From assembly GCF_023055435.1 (NCBI RefSeq), contig NW_025964223.1, positions 41,044,001 through 41,108,000 of the forward strand: DNA of 64,000 nt. Direction: 5' to 3'. A program made the translations under genes and the position numbers. This DNA comes from Haliotis rufescens. Lineage: Eukaryota. Positions 25,001-39,041 of the stretch are shown piece by piece. Below the pieces are notes generated by a model. It made no database searches and was not told where the DNA came from. It worked only from the letters and a program-made list of their open reading frames with translations. Each line of letters starts with the position of its first letter. The stretch's first letter is position 1.

Positions 25001-25186
25001 GCAAACACGTCCGGGAGTGACACTTTTAACATATTGAACTCTGATGAAAATTCAGTAGCCAACACGAACAATCTTGGTACACGAACTGTAGTACACAAAC
25101 CAATGGAAAGTCTATCTGTCTATTTACTCACCGTGTACAGCCAATAAGAAATGCACACAAGCCATAAACACTCTTTCAGTATGCAT
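18757..25186 (-). CDS. Receptor copy B: type I membrane protein (signal, SUEL/Gal-lectin fold, CUB-like, mucin-like stalk, TM, ITAM-like tail), ~455 aa
   Basis: Exons 25186-25132, 24290-23991, 21247-20927, 20353-20189, 19599-19453, 19254-19176, 19057-18757 sum to 1368 nt. All are GT-AG with phases 1,1,1,1,1,2 and no internal stop. Lectin: 8 Cys with CIEG..LQC..WIHV..AYG..CNGKQSC..EVKYNC. CUB-like: C..GSVYLHTPGFP..NGSCVVRI. TM: IVLPLAVVCGIMGLIIVALIIYIMV. Confidence 0.85.
21803..22050. repeat. (ACT)n and (AAT)n microsatellites; orthologous (AAT)n at 8057-8105 and 55548-55594
   Basis: Directly visible. Confidence 0.95.
23040..23207 (+). mobile_element. tRNA-derived SINE, full length
   Basis: A/B boxes (tagcctagtgg, ggttcgattcc), (CACT)n tail, TSD tcag(g/a)ctagaggt. 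Empty site in copy D at ~56515. Confidence 0.9.
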
Positions 25187-25671
25187 AGCTGTTAAATGTC
25201 AGTCATCAGAAGTACACTACATCTTTTCTGTATGTCCGTTGATACACAACAGGTCGACTCTATCCAGGCATTACATGTCGTAAAACGGTTGTGTTCCTAT
25301 TCTGTATGTAGCAAGTCCTCTCTGCGAACGTCCCACACCTTGAATCACAGACAATGTAAACAGCTTCACTTCTGAACACTTCAAACCTATTAGCACGTAA
25401 TCACTCTCCTGGGACATCTTAAATCTGTCATTGTGTCCCCATGAATCTTTCGGGTATACTGGAACATCTAACACCATAGTCTTACACATATCACAAGACA
25501 AATGGTAAACTGAACAAACACAATCAACGAAATGTCATAACCAACACAGCGACAATATGTACAAACCTCACAAGGTAGCTTAGAGCTATTGATAGCATAA
25601 TGCATTAATAAAACGTCCCTGGTGGCCCACGAACAGGGAAGTTGACTGCAAACATGTGTGTTTAATGTGGC

Positions 25672-25910
25672 GTGACCGCGGTAGGTCCGGGGTTCGATCC
25701 CCGACCGCGTCATACCAAAAGACGTTAAAAGATGGTACTTGTTTGTTACCCTCTCTGGCGCTCGGCATTAAAGGGCTAAAACAAGGACTGGTCGATTCGG
25801 AGTCAGTATACTGTGTCTGAGTGGGGTATTCATGTTAAACTGCGGCATGGTATCTCAGTGAGCTAGCACTATAAATCGGCATCAGTCCGGATTAATACAA
25901 GCACGCACGC
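25672..25910 (+). mobile_element. Second tRNA-derived SINE family (Meta-domain-like centre); fragments at ~15750-15900 (-), ~16690-16790 (+), ~28750-28900 (-), ~49010-49085 (-)
   Basis: B box ggttcgatccc followed by gtcataccaaaagacgttaaaagatggtac...ggcgctcggcattaaaggg, repeated elsewhere in the window. The superfamily name is from memory. Confidence 0.7.
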
Positions 25911-28900
25911 GAGTATTAAACTATAACATCCGATGAGCTCCGCCGTTCTTTTTGTCTGTTTGTTTAGGCTGAAGAAATTAATTAACATGCTCCCTTTGTC
26001 GAAATCTTTATAGATCACAGTTAACCAATCAGTGTTTATGCAAATATGCGTAAAACAATTATTGCCTCCAGCCTCCAAGTTTATTTAGCTTTACTTGCAG
26101 ACGGTAGCCCAGTCTCTGGTCACGCTCAGTTGCGTTGCGTATCATCCGGGTACTCACGGGGGAAAAAACAATAACAAAGGCATTAACCAGTCCGGGGAAT
26201 TGCATTAGATCAGTGCCCCTTTAAACCCCATTTCACCTCACCTCACCTTTAATGTGGCGTAACTGTATGTTGCGAGCATACTCAAGGGCTAGACTGTCTC
26301 TATTGTTGCAGCAGAGAACTTATTTATGCATTTTGTTTTATGTTCCGACTCTAGAAGGTTTATTTTTTTCAACATTGTGGATATTAGCAGTTTGATAGCT
26401 GAACGATCGACTGGAGGTGGGTGGTAGAGGGGGTAACGGGATATGGAGAATTGGCTCTGATATTCTATAAACAACTACTAAAAGAGTGTAGTGTTAAATG
26501 GAGACACCTTCACATTTGTTGCACTGACATATGTAACTGCTTAACAATGCTTCTAATCACTTCCCGAAGAACTTTATAATAGTAGTGTATGTACTACAAG
26601 AGACAGGGTCGCCTGACTTCATATTTGGTGGCCAGTATAAGAGTTTCTAAGAATATCTACATGTATATAATTTTATAACTTATTACTTCAGTATAGTGTT
26701 GAAAAGATACACACAAATAAAAAAGTGTGTCACCCAAAACATAGTGTCAGCAAAAGTTTCAAAAGGCTGCCATGCCAATATTACGCACATACCAGTCTTG
26801 TGGGATAAGGCACATTGTTTTATCACTGCAAGGACGGCCATTCGTGGATATTCTTTTGAAACGTCGGCACAGCTCCTTCACGATCACAATTGATGTCACT
26901 ACTATCTCTTATGATTTCATTAGGGCTTGGGGAAGGTGCAGAACAGAGTTACATTTACATGCGGTTCTGACTGGACTACGGAAAATATTTATACACACAT
27001 GTAGTTTTTATGTGTTATATTATCAGCGGCTGCTCTGAACAGAGTTTGGACAAGTTTCCTTGTATATATATATAATCGTCCCGTATTATGCTACTGGGGG
27101 CACGTCTGAATAGAGTACTGACACAAATTTACGTAAACATGCATATGACCAGTGTTATATTATCGGCGCCATTTGTCTGTGGGCAATTGTCCTGGGGCAG
27201 TAAAACCAGCCGTCGGTAGCCTCTGAATCAGAACATTTGATCTCTACCTTATCGAACCAATATCTGACAAAAGAATTAACCATTGGCGATTGATATGTGC
27301 TGCATAAAAAAATTACGCCATTTTCAAATTATTTTATTCAATTCATTGATTCAAAATGTCCTTTTATACGACAGGTTTATAGTGTCACGCTTACCATTAC
27401 CTTTCATACCAGTGTGGTTGGAATGTCGCAAATGTTAGACATACATTAATGTGGTAACATGACCGTTGTGTCCCTTGTAAGAAATCCTTGACATTGCCAA
27501 GTTTTATTTCTTGGATTTCCATAAAAATATGGACACTGTTACATTTACAGGAAAAGCACAAAACTCCACAAAGAGAAAGTTCGTAACAGATAGCATGATC
27601 GCATGAATAGTATCACTCATCAAGGTGTTATCTTACCAGGAAAATGTTTGCTGTGTATTAACATATTATTGTAAACGTGACTTCAGGAAAGTATTGCTTT
27701 ATGTCATAGTTATTTTGTTGTTGTTATCGCGCTTGTACACCACGTCTGCATGCCGGCACCTGAGTTAAATTTAGCAGTCTTTATTTCGTAAATAACGAAT
27801 CCTAAATCTGGTCACAAATCATTCACAACATGGACGCAACTTTGTGAATTATGTAGTTAGTTTCCCTCATCAGAATGAGTACAGCTCAGACCACGAGCAT
27901 CCGGTGTCTAATCGTTGATATGGTCAGTTAGACCCCGAGATGCGGAGTCCGAGTGGCCTTACCTTCTAAACCATGGACAATAATTAATACGATCCCAAAC
28001 ACTTAATCAATGTCCTTTAAACATTCTGTTGATGACCCTCTTCCAAACGATGCACATTTAAAACCTTGACAACCAACGTTCGTTCAATGTACAGATTAAA
28101 TAATATACAAAACACAAATACTACCATATATAAACGGATACACTATTTGTCGTGTTCACAGTAAAAGTACGTATATATACCTTTCATAGAATGTCAGAGA
28201 CAAAAATGATGTCCGATGCAATTCCCTATTTTGACTTGTACCTTTAAGTTCCCGTGTTCTGATAGACGGCGGGATACGCCTCCCTTTTCGAGAACACCTC
28301 GTATCCTCACTACTTGAAAGTGATTCAAAAACGCATGCCCATGATGTAGTCGGGATCGCACAAAAGTAGACTTTTAGTAGAGATTTGGCGGATATAACAC
28401 ACGTTTTAAATCATCTAATTCGATGACATAAAACAATACACATTTCATCATCGAGACATATCTGTTCGATGTGAAAGTAATGTCACATTTGAATATACTT
28501 AAAATTGAGACCTATCTAACGTTACGACATGTGGTAGATCAACACAAGATAATGGATGATGAACAAAGATGATACACTGGAACATGAAAGTTGTATTTCG
28601 AAAGGAATGTAAAAACACAAAACTACATACGAAGCTTAGAGTGTTAATAATTCATAATAAAGAAGATGAACTAAATATTTTTATCAAGCATGCTGATTGA
28701 TCAGGTGATTAACAAAACCTTGTAAAACGTCATTGAAGGTGGTGAGGTGAAATGCCGCAGTTAAACATGAATACCCCACTCAGACACAGTATACTGACTC
28801 CGAGCCGACCAGTTCTTGTTTAAGCCCCCTGATGCCGAGTGCCAGCCAGGGTGACAACAAGTCTTTTAACGTCTTTTGCTGTGACGCGGCCGGGGAACCT

Positions 28901-29089
28901 GATGGGTTTACTGGAAAATGTATAATATGGAAAATGGAACATATATTCAACGTTAAGAGAAATAAATAACAAAATAAGGTTTATTTGTTATACTTTATAT
29001 GTACATATTCGCCTTTATAAAGAAGACTGGCTGATCTCAAAGTGACTATAGAGCTACAAGAGTCTAAAGCACAAGCTTGTGTGCTGTCT

Positions 29090-32000
29090 CTAGGTGTTAA
29101 CATATAGACCAACTCCACTTCCAGAGTTAACATAGGCAGGTCCTTGTCTGCTGGGAATGCGACCATAGCTATGTTCGTCACCATCTTCACTGGCATTACG
29201 TTGCATTCCATCGTAGACATTCGTCTCATTGTAATGGCTGAGGCCAGAATATGTGTTGGTGGTGCCACTGGTGCCATTGGTGGGAGTAAGGTCATCTTGT
29301 CCCTGGGATCCACTGGGGATGGTTTGCATACCAAGATGAGTTGACGTTTCAGTATAATTCGATGCATCACCGTGCATATCCGTCCTGGATAGCTTGTTTA
29401 CCATGCTGCAGGGACAAACGTTTTGTGTACTGTTATTGTATAATTTTCACTATCATAAGGTTATATTTGACTTCTCTCAAAGTGTCCTATAGTTTCTCAT
29501 GAAACAGTTACTTACATATATATGATGAGCGCCACTATGATGAGAACCAGGACACCGCACACCACTGCTAAGGGTAACACAATACTTCCATTGTCTGAAA
29601 CGGAATACGTGAAGCCTTTAACTTGAAGATTCATACTGGTCTCGCTGCGTTACTTGCGCAACACGGACTTACACGCACACGCACGTGTGCGGAAACCAAT
29701 ACACACGCATACACATACTTACTCACAATTATTTTAATATTTCTCGTAAAACAATGTCATTGGTTGCCGTTAATGCATGTACATATAGATACCTGTGTCA
29801 GAGAATCATATAACCAGTTTAAAGACCTGTTATATATATGTTCATAGAACGTCAGATCAAACACGAACAATTCAAAAACAAGGGACATAACTGGTGGGAT
29901 GCGAAATTTGTTGTTTGTTGTTTCAAGCCGCACTCAGCAGTATTACACTCTGTCAGCTATATGACGGCGGTCTGTAAATAATCGAGTCTGGACCAGATAG
30001 CCCAGTGATTGACATCATGTGTATCAATTCACGCTATTGGGATACGATGTCATGCATCAACCAAGTCAGCGAGCCTGACCGCCCGATCTCATTACTCGCC
30101 TCTAACGACAAACATAGTCGCTTTTTATTAAAGCATGGAAGTACTATAAACAACTGTATTTTCAGAAATATACACGCATCTATTTTAGAGTTCTAGATTC
30201 AATAACAGATGTGATGATAAACACACGTGAAGATGTATCAGAATTATATATAGACATAACACATGAAAAGGCTGTAACAGATATTCAGGTATGCAAAGTG
30301 GAAAGGATCCAGGTTTCAGTGGAATAGCTATAGAATTCTTTAAATATGCACCAAAGATATGCATATCCAAAAACAGCGTTTATTTTGGGGTTAAATTGCC
30401 TCTTCACAAGAAAGGTGATGTTGATAAACCTGAGAACTATAGGCCAATAACCTTATTAGATGTATCAAAGTTTGTATTTCTTGCTATGAAAATGCGATGT
30501 AAACAACTAAGTTTACTGTAAAGAGCAGAATGGCGCTTTTACGAAACAAACATCAATGTATCATTAATGCATGTCATCACAAATGACATACTCATACCCA
30601 CACAAATATAATGATAATCAAACTGAACACCGTTGACCAGGGTCATGAAACATCGTCATCAGGTAACACTCACCCACAGAAGTCATAGGTGTACTTGTTG
30701 TTGCTGCAGTGGTCAGTGTGTCAAAAGTACTTGGACTGGTTGTACCTCGTGAACGTGATGGCGCCTGTGGCGTGGGTACTGGGGTGGTTGACACATCCAA
30801 TGTTTGTCGCTCAGAAGTTATGTTCATTTGACCTGAAGCTGTGAACAATCATTTCTGTACGTAGCAGTCTCTATGTTCGAGATCCATGTTGATCTTAAAA
30901 AAGTGATGCGACTCCTGGGCATTGGGGGAAACTAGCTGACCATAGAGCCGTGAGTAATTTAATCATTTTTTGAGGAACTTGTTACCATACGATGAACTGT
31001 GAATACAGTATAATATATGCTGAAACCTAATGTATACCAGTCACGTCACATGTCATCAAATTAGATGTTTGTGGCTTCACTGCACCTTTCTTTTGATGGA
31101 ACCAACAAGTCTGGAGAGGCGGTCGCTATTGTATTTTTCAATATAGTCCATTGAACAAATCAGAAGCTATATTTATTTTACTGTCAGGATAGATTGGTTC
31201 ATGAAAGGAACTTCATCAATAAAAGGGATCACACTAGACTGACTGAATGTAGATTGTAATAATTATATATATTTTCTCGGAAAGCGAGGCACAATTCAAT
31301 TCACGATCGGCATCAGATTTGATTTGCTAATTGATTGATAAATTGATAGTTATCATATCAGGAGACACGTCAAAAGATAAATTTGATTTATAACCTCACA
31401 CATACCATCAACACGTATCCATAGATTTGCCCCAGCCTGATCATGGTTGTCATAGACTATTACTACTTCGGCAGCTGTTTCCGGCAATACCCTGTTGTAT
31501 TGGTCCACGTTCACGCTTTCCCAGAGTTGTTTACCGTCACCTGAGATGTTAACTAGCCCTTGTCTCATCCGCTCTTCTACCAATGTTACTCGTATATTCA
31601 TTCCTTTGATCCTAACAGCACAGCGTCTGTTCACAGCGACACTGTTAGGGTAGCCCGGGGAATTGAGGTACAAGGGCGCCCCTACTGTTGTTCTGACAGT
31701 ACCTGAACTACACATATCCATACTACCTGAAACACAATGCATATAACATGTTGAAGAACGTATATGTTTTGATTCAAATTAGCGACATATTGTATGGTTC
31801 ATATCAAACAAATTGCTTTCAAACAAACGTGAATTTGTGCTCGCGTCCATTTGATCAAGGCTGAAATGAACTTGAAGCTCAAATCAAGAACCAACATTCA
31901 TAAATGTTATAGCATTATTACCAGGGAAAGGCGTTTCCATCTTACTGGTAGCGCCAAGGTCATGATCCAGTTGACAGTTGGCATGCACTTTTAGTTGGTC

Positions 32001-33355
32001 AGTTAATTTGCAGTATCCTTTTGATGGTAATTACAAAACATACACTATAATTTATGGCAATGTTGGCGAAAGATGTGATGACGGCAGTCCAGCATTCATA
32101 CGCAGTGTGTTTTGTTTTGTAATAAATCACAAACAGAAGATGGTGCAAGTAAACTTTAGCAAGGTTACGTAGTGTGGTACAAATACATGTGTAACCTTTG
32201 CATGTCAATATGCATTAATGAATACTGAAACGAAAAATATTTCGTTCGCAAGACTAACAGTGTTATGAGGATGTCTATATACTACTACTACTGCAAGTAT
32301 TAATAATTTTAGATATCGTCCCATCTTTCATACATGAAACAAATGACGCAATATATTGTCCTGTGGCCTTTTGCCTGTTAATCAGGCATTATAATTGATG
32401 TTTTAAAGGTAATTACATGTTGGGCTCAAACAGTCATGAAATCGTGGTGGTGGCCACAAGTTACTAATCATTGACCTCTAGATGTGAAGTCAAGGACAAC
32501 GTTTCAAATACGATAATATCAACATAAGATCAACATAATGAGAACCGCGATTCCTTGTATCACAAGTGTCAATTCTCTACTTATTTGTCATTTTTACTTG
32601 GTTTTTTTCTCAATAAATGTGTGTATACTGTATGTCAGTTACTTGTCATGTTCTGATCACCAGCATACGCTCTATGCACTAGACCACGGAGGCGCACCGT
32701 CTAGTAATGTAGTATTTTTCCATCCATACGACGGTGATCTGCAAGTAATCGTGTCTTGACCAGACAATCCAGAGACTGCCATCGTAAGCATGGATCCACT
32801 CATGATCAATTAGGATACGATCTGAGCCTGACCACTCGATCCCTTTAAGCCTCAGTCACACAGACAATGCGACTGAGGTCGCTACAATGTTTCAGAGCAG
32901 TCGCAAAACCCATTCGGTCGCAACCAGTCTTTTGACTATTTGGGGTTAATTTCTAAAACTATTCATGTGGGTTTTATTGAATCAGTAACTCATCATTAAA
33001 AGCAAACCATGATGATTGTGTCAGTTTGACCAGATACTAAATGTGCGTCTCACCTTTGATGCAGGTATACTGAACTTCAGCAGCAGCATCTGTGTAGTTA
33101 CAGTTTGTTTGGGGTGTTGCGGTCATGGTTTCACGGCATGACTGTTTCCCATTACAGTTGACGACCAGGCCATTCTGGGCGCTGGTGTGGGTCTTACTAC
33201 ACGACACTGCTGATTTCAGACGACATGTCGCGGCGTCTCCATCCCCCTTCGCCTCATGCTCGACATGTATCCATTCACCGGCAGAACACTGAAGCTGTAC
33301 TGTAAAGGCTCTCGACAACCCCTCTATACATCTGTTCCCAGTTCTGGTGTCCCCT

Positions 33356-33441
<86 letters not shown>

Positions 33442-34437
33442 ACACTTATATATCTATTTATTATAACTCGATCACAGTCTAATAAACTTCGTTAAATATA
33501 ATGTAAAACATTTAACTGCAGTCGCAGGTAATTTGAGTGAGAGGTGCAGTAATGTATTGATGATCTATGGAAATGTAATTCTGTATCAAACAACACATTA
33601 CTCATGGAATGGTAAAAATACAAAACATGTAACATTTAGGTAGAGTCTTAGCAGCTTTCATCCTCAAAATGTAATTTTAGATCATGCTGATCAGTAAACC
33701 ACGCAAACGAATTTCATATGTTGCACTTAAAAATTACGCAAGTCTTTGTCTGATATAGCCTATTGCATGAATGCTGCAGAAAGGTGTAATGTCTCAAATC
33801 TATATAACAAATCAGAAATCCAAGGATCGTATTTGCGTGTATAGAATTATTGATGGGAATGTCCATATCCGATAGACTGTTTGAAATACTTGTATCATCA
33901 TGCTGTTTGATATCCACTTTCTGTTTCCTAGATATACAATGTAGCAAAACACTAGTATGTTGAAATCCTAGTACGTTGTTACATTCAGTGACTTCACAGG
34001 AGCATCTATATGGTTGTATGACAGTGTATTTTATTGTTTGACAGTGATTGTAACTGCATTACATTGTTCCTGTTGAGATTCGGTAGACGCTCATTATATT
34101 GTGTTTGGACAGTGATCAGGGCACTGACTGGAATTTTCCAGTGGTTGTATATAAGAGGTCATCAATGGAGTATATATATGTTTGTTCTTTCAGCCACAAC
34201 AAATCAAAGGTGCCAAGGTCATGTGGCAATCTCTCGATTTTACTCAAAGATCCATATGCAAACTAATAGGATTGCCACTTTTAAAATATTGAAATCTGAT
34301 GACAATGTAGTTGCCAACATGAACAATCATGTTACACTTACTGAAGTACACACATGGAAAGTCTGCCAGGCCTTTTACTCACCTTGTACGGCCGATATGA
34401 CATACACGAAAAACACAAACACTCTTCCAGCATGCAT
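29090..34437 (-). CDS. Receptor copy C: same architecture with a single stalk exon, ~411 aa
   Basis: Exons 34437-34383 (MHAGRVFVFFVYVISAVQG), 33353-33054, 31726-31406, 30838-30674, 29594-29516, 29405-29090 sum to 1236 nt, open and in phase. The second stalk exon is absent; only its donor end remains at ~29790. Confidence 0.8.
30200..30560 (+). mobile_element. Non-LTR retrotransposon RT fragment
   Basis: GKDPGFSGIAIEFFK...LPLHKKGDVDKPENYRPITLLDVSKF corresponds to the KxPGxDG and NYRPIxLL motifs at the start of LINE RT. Confidence 0.85.
33357..33439. repeat. (TA)n microsatellite
   Basis: About 40 TA units directly visible. Confidence 0.95.
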
Positions 34438-37379
34438 AACTATTCAACCTCAGTTCTCAGAAGTACAAGACATCCTTTCTGCATGGCCATATATACACAA
34501 CATGTCGACTCAGGCATTACATGTCGTAAAACTATTGTATTCCTATTCAGTATGAATTATGCCGCCTTTATGAAAGTCCCATACATTCAGGATTGAATCA
34601 CAGGCAATGTAACTACCGAAGGTTCATGTCAAGCATATCAGCACGAAATTACTCTCGGACATCGATTTCCTACCCCATGAATCATTCAGTTAAACCAAAG
34701 CCTTACACATACCGCAATGCGAAACGTAGTATTTGAATGTAAACTGAACCTATGTCCTAACCAACACAATGAAAACAGGAACCGACAGACCTCGCCAGGT
34801 ATGAAAGCAAATACGCATGAGGAAAATGTCTCTGGTTGGCTGCGAACAGGGAAGAAAATAACTATATGTGTTTCATGTGGTGGAGCTACATCGCAATTTG
34901 TATTTGTTTGTATTCCGACTCTACAAGGATTATTTTCTACAATATTGAGACTGTTATAATTCTGATATCTAAAGGATTGATTGATGGTGGGGGTAAAGTA
35001 CTCACGGAAATGAAAAAAACCTGTTCTGACCTCAGATCTTAAATAAGTGTAGTCAATATACAAAATATGTAAATATTCAAACAACTAAATTAGTACTAAT
35101 TGGGCCGTGGCACAAATACAGCGTATCAAATGTTTTTATGCCTTTTTACACGTAAAAGTGTGTAAAAATGTGAATAAAACAGACTATTGTGAAACAGGGC
35201 ATAACCAGGTGTAAGTAGATCAAGGTGACCTATGACACCTTGACGACAGGTGAGAACAGGTGCATAATGCCTATAGTCTGTTTCTGCTATGTCAATTTGG
35301 ACTTTTGTATTGTTCACTGAGATCAAACTAGCAAATCCAGACTAGTACTTTTCGAGTTGTTTTGTTATTTCGTATTTACAGCTACGTAACACTTTGTGTC
35401 GATTTTAAAATTGAGAAAAACAGGTATATNNNNNNNNNNNNNNNNNNNNNNNNNNNNNNNNNNNNNNNNNNNNNNNNNNNNNNNNNNNNNNNNNNNNNNN
35501 NNNNNNNNNNNNNNNNNNNNNNNNNNNNNNNNNNNNNNNNNNNNNNNNNNNNNNNNNNNNNNNNNNNNNNNNNNNNNNNNNNNNNNNNNNNNNNNNNNNN
35601 NNNNNNNNNNNNNNNNNNNNNNNNNNNNNNNNNNNNNNNNNNNNNNNNNTGCGTGTGTGCAAATGTACGTGTCGTGGAAGGGGGTGGTGGCGGTGGTACT
35701 AAGAATGTGCTGGATGGTTGTGCATATCAATCAACATGTGACATGCTCTACTTACAACAGTAAAGATATACAATTTTTCAAAAATGACTATGAGTAGGTT
35801 AATGTACTTCGAATGAGGCGGATTTTATGGAGCTTTTCATTTCCAGTGATGAACTGCTTGTAGTCGTGTGCCTGCAGATGCGGACATTTGCTAATGGGTT
35901 CTCCTTCTTCAAAGTACGTTTTCCTGACTTGACAGTGAGCGTAAGAGCACAGCCGCGCGGAATACTATGCAGAATTCTGGTACACTACCATATTACTATA
36001 GGGTATATACTAAGCACTGGCCTACCTGCTAATTGGATCGGTATTGGTGGCAGCCTAAATGTCAAAAGAAATAGGCGAAGAGAGGATTCTCGTTTTGAAT
36101 CTAATGTAAAACTGCAATCTCGGAAAGATTGAAAATAATAAGTGTGATATCTCTTTTGCAAAACGGCAAATTGCGGACTAGTAAAAATAATATCAAACGT
36201 ACATGTACACATGTACTTATTACATATTGAACAATCAGCTAATGACTATACCGTATGAAGAGTGATAATTTAATTATCTTCATCAGGGGGTAATGATGTC
36301 AGTCTTGAATAAAGACGCCAATGACACCTGCTGACATTGTGTTTCTCAGACAATGCGTCCGACCACAGGCACCGACGTGAATCAAGGTCTCACTGATCTA
36401 ACACAACAAACGTCATCATAACGGGCTTTCCGTAAGCAACCGAGATATAACATCTCGTCGATCCAATATAAAGCGCTGCTTATAAGTAGATTACTTCGCT
36501 TGCCGTCGAAAGTCTGCCTGAAGTTACACGATGGTAGAGGTGATTCCTACACGTCACCACAAATGTGTTCTGATTGACGAGTGTTACTAGAATATGATTT
36601 TCCTCAAAACACCAAGAACGGCTTCGTCCTTTGTATGCTTTGTTCATTAATCAGAATTCGTTTCCGATTCGATTCGTTTGATCTATTTCAACTTAATGTT
36701 TACTTTGGGAGTACCGTGCATACCTGTAAAGATTTAACAGGGCTTGAGTTCATCTGTGCACATTCGTTCCACTTCATGTCAATGTTTCATGAGGTTCAGA
36801 TCTGTCTAACACGTTGCCATTGTTCTGTGCAAAGATGTCGGCAGATACTCTAACGATCTGCATATGTGGTATCGTGCTTAAACATCATGTTTGATAGTAC
36901 GAGATGACTAATAAAAGAATTCGCCTGGGTCCCACCTGGATGACGGATTCTTGCGAGGTTTCCCTGCATATTGTGACAGACAGTTCAACCCATGGCGGAT
37001 AGATCAGCCCAAACAATGGTGCTTCTTCCTACAAAACTAACTGCTTTCTGTCGCAGCAACTCTTATTAACGTGAAAACAATAAGAGTTAGTGAGTTGGGG
37101 TTAACGTCACTTTGATCAGTCTTCCAGTTTTATCACAGAGTGTCAGCTAAGAGTGAGAGGAAAGCCGGAAGTGATGAAGCTCTCAGACGCAATAATAACA
37201 GCAGCCTGGGATGTTGTGGTCGAAAGGACGGTCCGAATTGTCTTGTGCGTACATATATTTGTCTGGTGAGAAGACTGACGATTGTGAATCAGTTGCAAAG
37301 AGTTGCTATGTCAATATTACGGATATACCAGTCTTTTGTGGGAGTAGAAACCATTGCTGTGCAACTGTAAGAACGGTTA

Positions 37380-37617
37380 GTTGGTTTGTTGTTTTATGCC
37401 GCACTCAGCAATATTCCAGCTATGTGACGGCGGTCTGTAAATATTCGAGTCTGGACCAGACAATCCAGTGATTGACATCATGGTCATCGATCCACGCAAT
37501 TGGGATCGATGACATGCATCAACCAAGTCAGCGAGCCTGACCACCCGATCCCGTTAGTCGCCTTTTACGGCAAGCATGGGTTGCTGAAGACCTATTCTAC
37601 CCCGGATCTTCACGAGT
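37380..37617 (-). mobile_element. Full-length copy of the ~250-bp SINE-like repeat
   Basis: Reverse complement of the 43260 family, from the (GTTT) tail to cttcacgagtc. Confidence 0.85.
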
Positions 37618-37939
37618 CTCTAGCTACTGGAATTTGCGGTGATCATTTGTTCTTCCAGACATTTGCAGATGAGACACGTGTATTCGTCGCAGGTGGACCA
37701 CGTATATCATTGTGACAGCATATATGAGAGACTGTAGAGTATAACAAGTAAATATTTAGCTATATATTCTCGTAATAATTTATATTCATAACCAATTATT
37801 TCCTAAAATGAACCTAAAATACATGACTAAATCAGCTGGCCAGATAACTCATAAGGGGTATTCAAAATCATCTGCGCAGCACTATTCAATCAGGTAATAA
37901 CAAAAACTTAAGTGGGATGTTAAACTGTCCCAATTCGGA

Positions 37940-38200
37940 CATGTATGTATGTGTGTGTACTATTTACTGGTGTGTGTATGTTTGTGTATGTGAGCATATG
38001 TGTGAATGTGTGCGTGTGGTGTGTGTGTTTATGTATGTCTGTAGGTACATTGTATGTATGTCTGGTTATGTGTGTGTGTGCATGTGTGTACGTGTGTGTA
38101 TATGTATGTGTGTCTTTGTATGTATATGTATTTCTGTGATTGTGTATCTTTATGTGTGTGTGAATGCTTGTGTAACTGAGTATTAGTGTAAGTATGTGTC
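37940..38200. repeat. Degenerate (GT/AT)n low-complexity tract
   Basis: Directly visible. Confidence 0.9.
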
Positions 38201-38731
38201 GTTTTTATCAGTCTGCCTGGAAGCAATGTGTGTATCACTTGAGGCACCATTATAGTATTTTAAGGATATTGGAAAATATATTTTTTATTTTCATAGAACT
38301 CAAAGGCTTTCTTCCCAGACTATCGTATGATCGGTCCTTACAGACGCTCAATCATACATGAGGTGCCTATGATCTCACAAACTTTCTCTTTACTACAACA
38401 ATAGCTGTTGGTCGCCCGAATAACTCGAGTTCGACTCCCCCGTCGTGATGAGGCTTGAATGATCTTTTAAAGTGGCGCGAGACTCTCTTCATGGATAACA
38501 TTCTAACAAGTAACAAATGCAGTGAAACTTCAATAACACGATCTTCTGTAACTTGGTACATCATTTAAGACAATTAGATTTCATGGCGCTGGCAGAATAA
38601 GTATCTTTTTTTCAAAATAGCCACTCCACTTGTTTCAAAAAATGGATAACTCGATATATTTTCGATGTTCCCAAGGACTTCGAGTTAACAGTGTTTCAAT
38701 CCTTTTAAGTTTCACTGGTTTCTAAGATATT

Positions 38732-38765
<34 letters not shown>

Positions 38766-38953
38766 GCCCTGTGATTTTATCGAAATAATTGTATTGTGTC
38801 AGATAATGCTAAACACTGACCTCCCTGTTCTTAAGAAACCCTTGGAGGGTTACACATTCTTCAGTTTGTTTACCAAAAGCGTCTACATTGCCAAAGAACC
38901 CAGATCCTTATACAGCTTCAACCCTGTGTTAAATGTCATATTGTGCTTTACAG

Positions 38954-39041
38954 ACTTGGAACATGGAACCACAATTACTTCAAGAAACGGGGCATTCCTG
39001 GGCCAGCACCATACCCTTCTGTTGGGAACCACTTTGATGTT
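38954..39041 (+). pseudogene. Isolated cytochrome P450 (CYP3 clan-like) exon, proline-rich hinge
   Basis: tttacag|A CTT GGA...GTT|gtaggt encodes LGTWNHNYFKKRGIPGPAPYPSVGNHFDV. This matches the post-anchor GIPGPxPxPxxGN motif and, as I recall it, the phase-2 start of CYP3A exon 2. No other P450 exons were recognised. Confidence 0.75.

Noticed and set aside
34034-34555. 173-aa plus-strand ORF overlapping C's first exon
   Set aside because: Not conserved at this length in A, B or D; no recognisable motif; antisense to a supported exon.
37140-37471. Cys-containing short ORFs suggesting a defensin or WAP exon
   Set aside because: Cys spacing fits no full motif, there is no signal peptide, the apparent acceptor lies in a repeat-like tail, and the ORF runs into a SINE.
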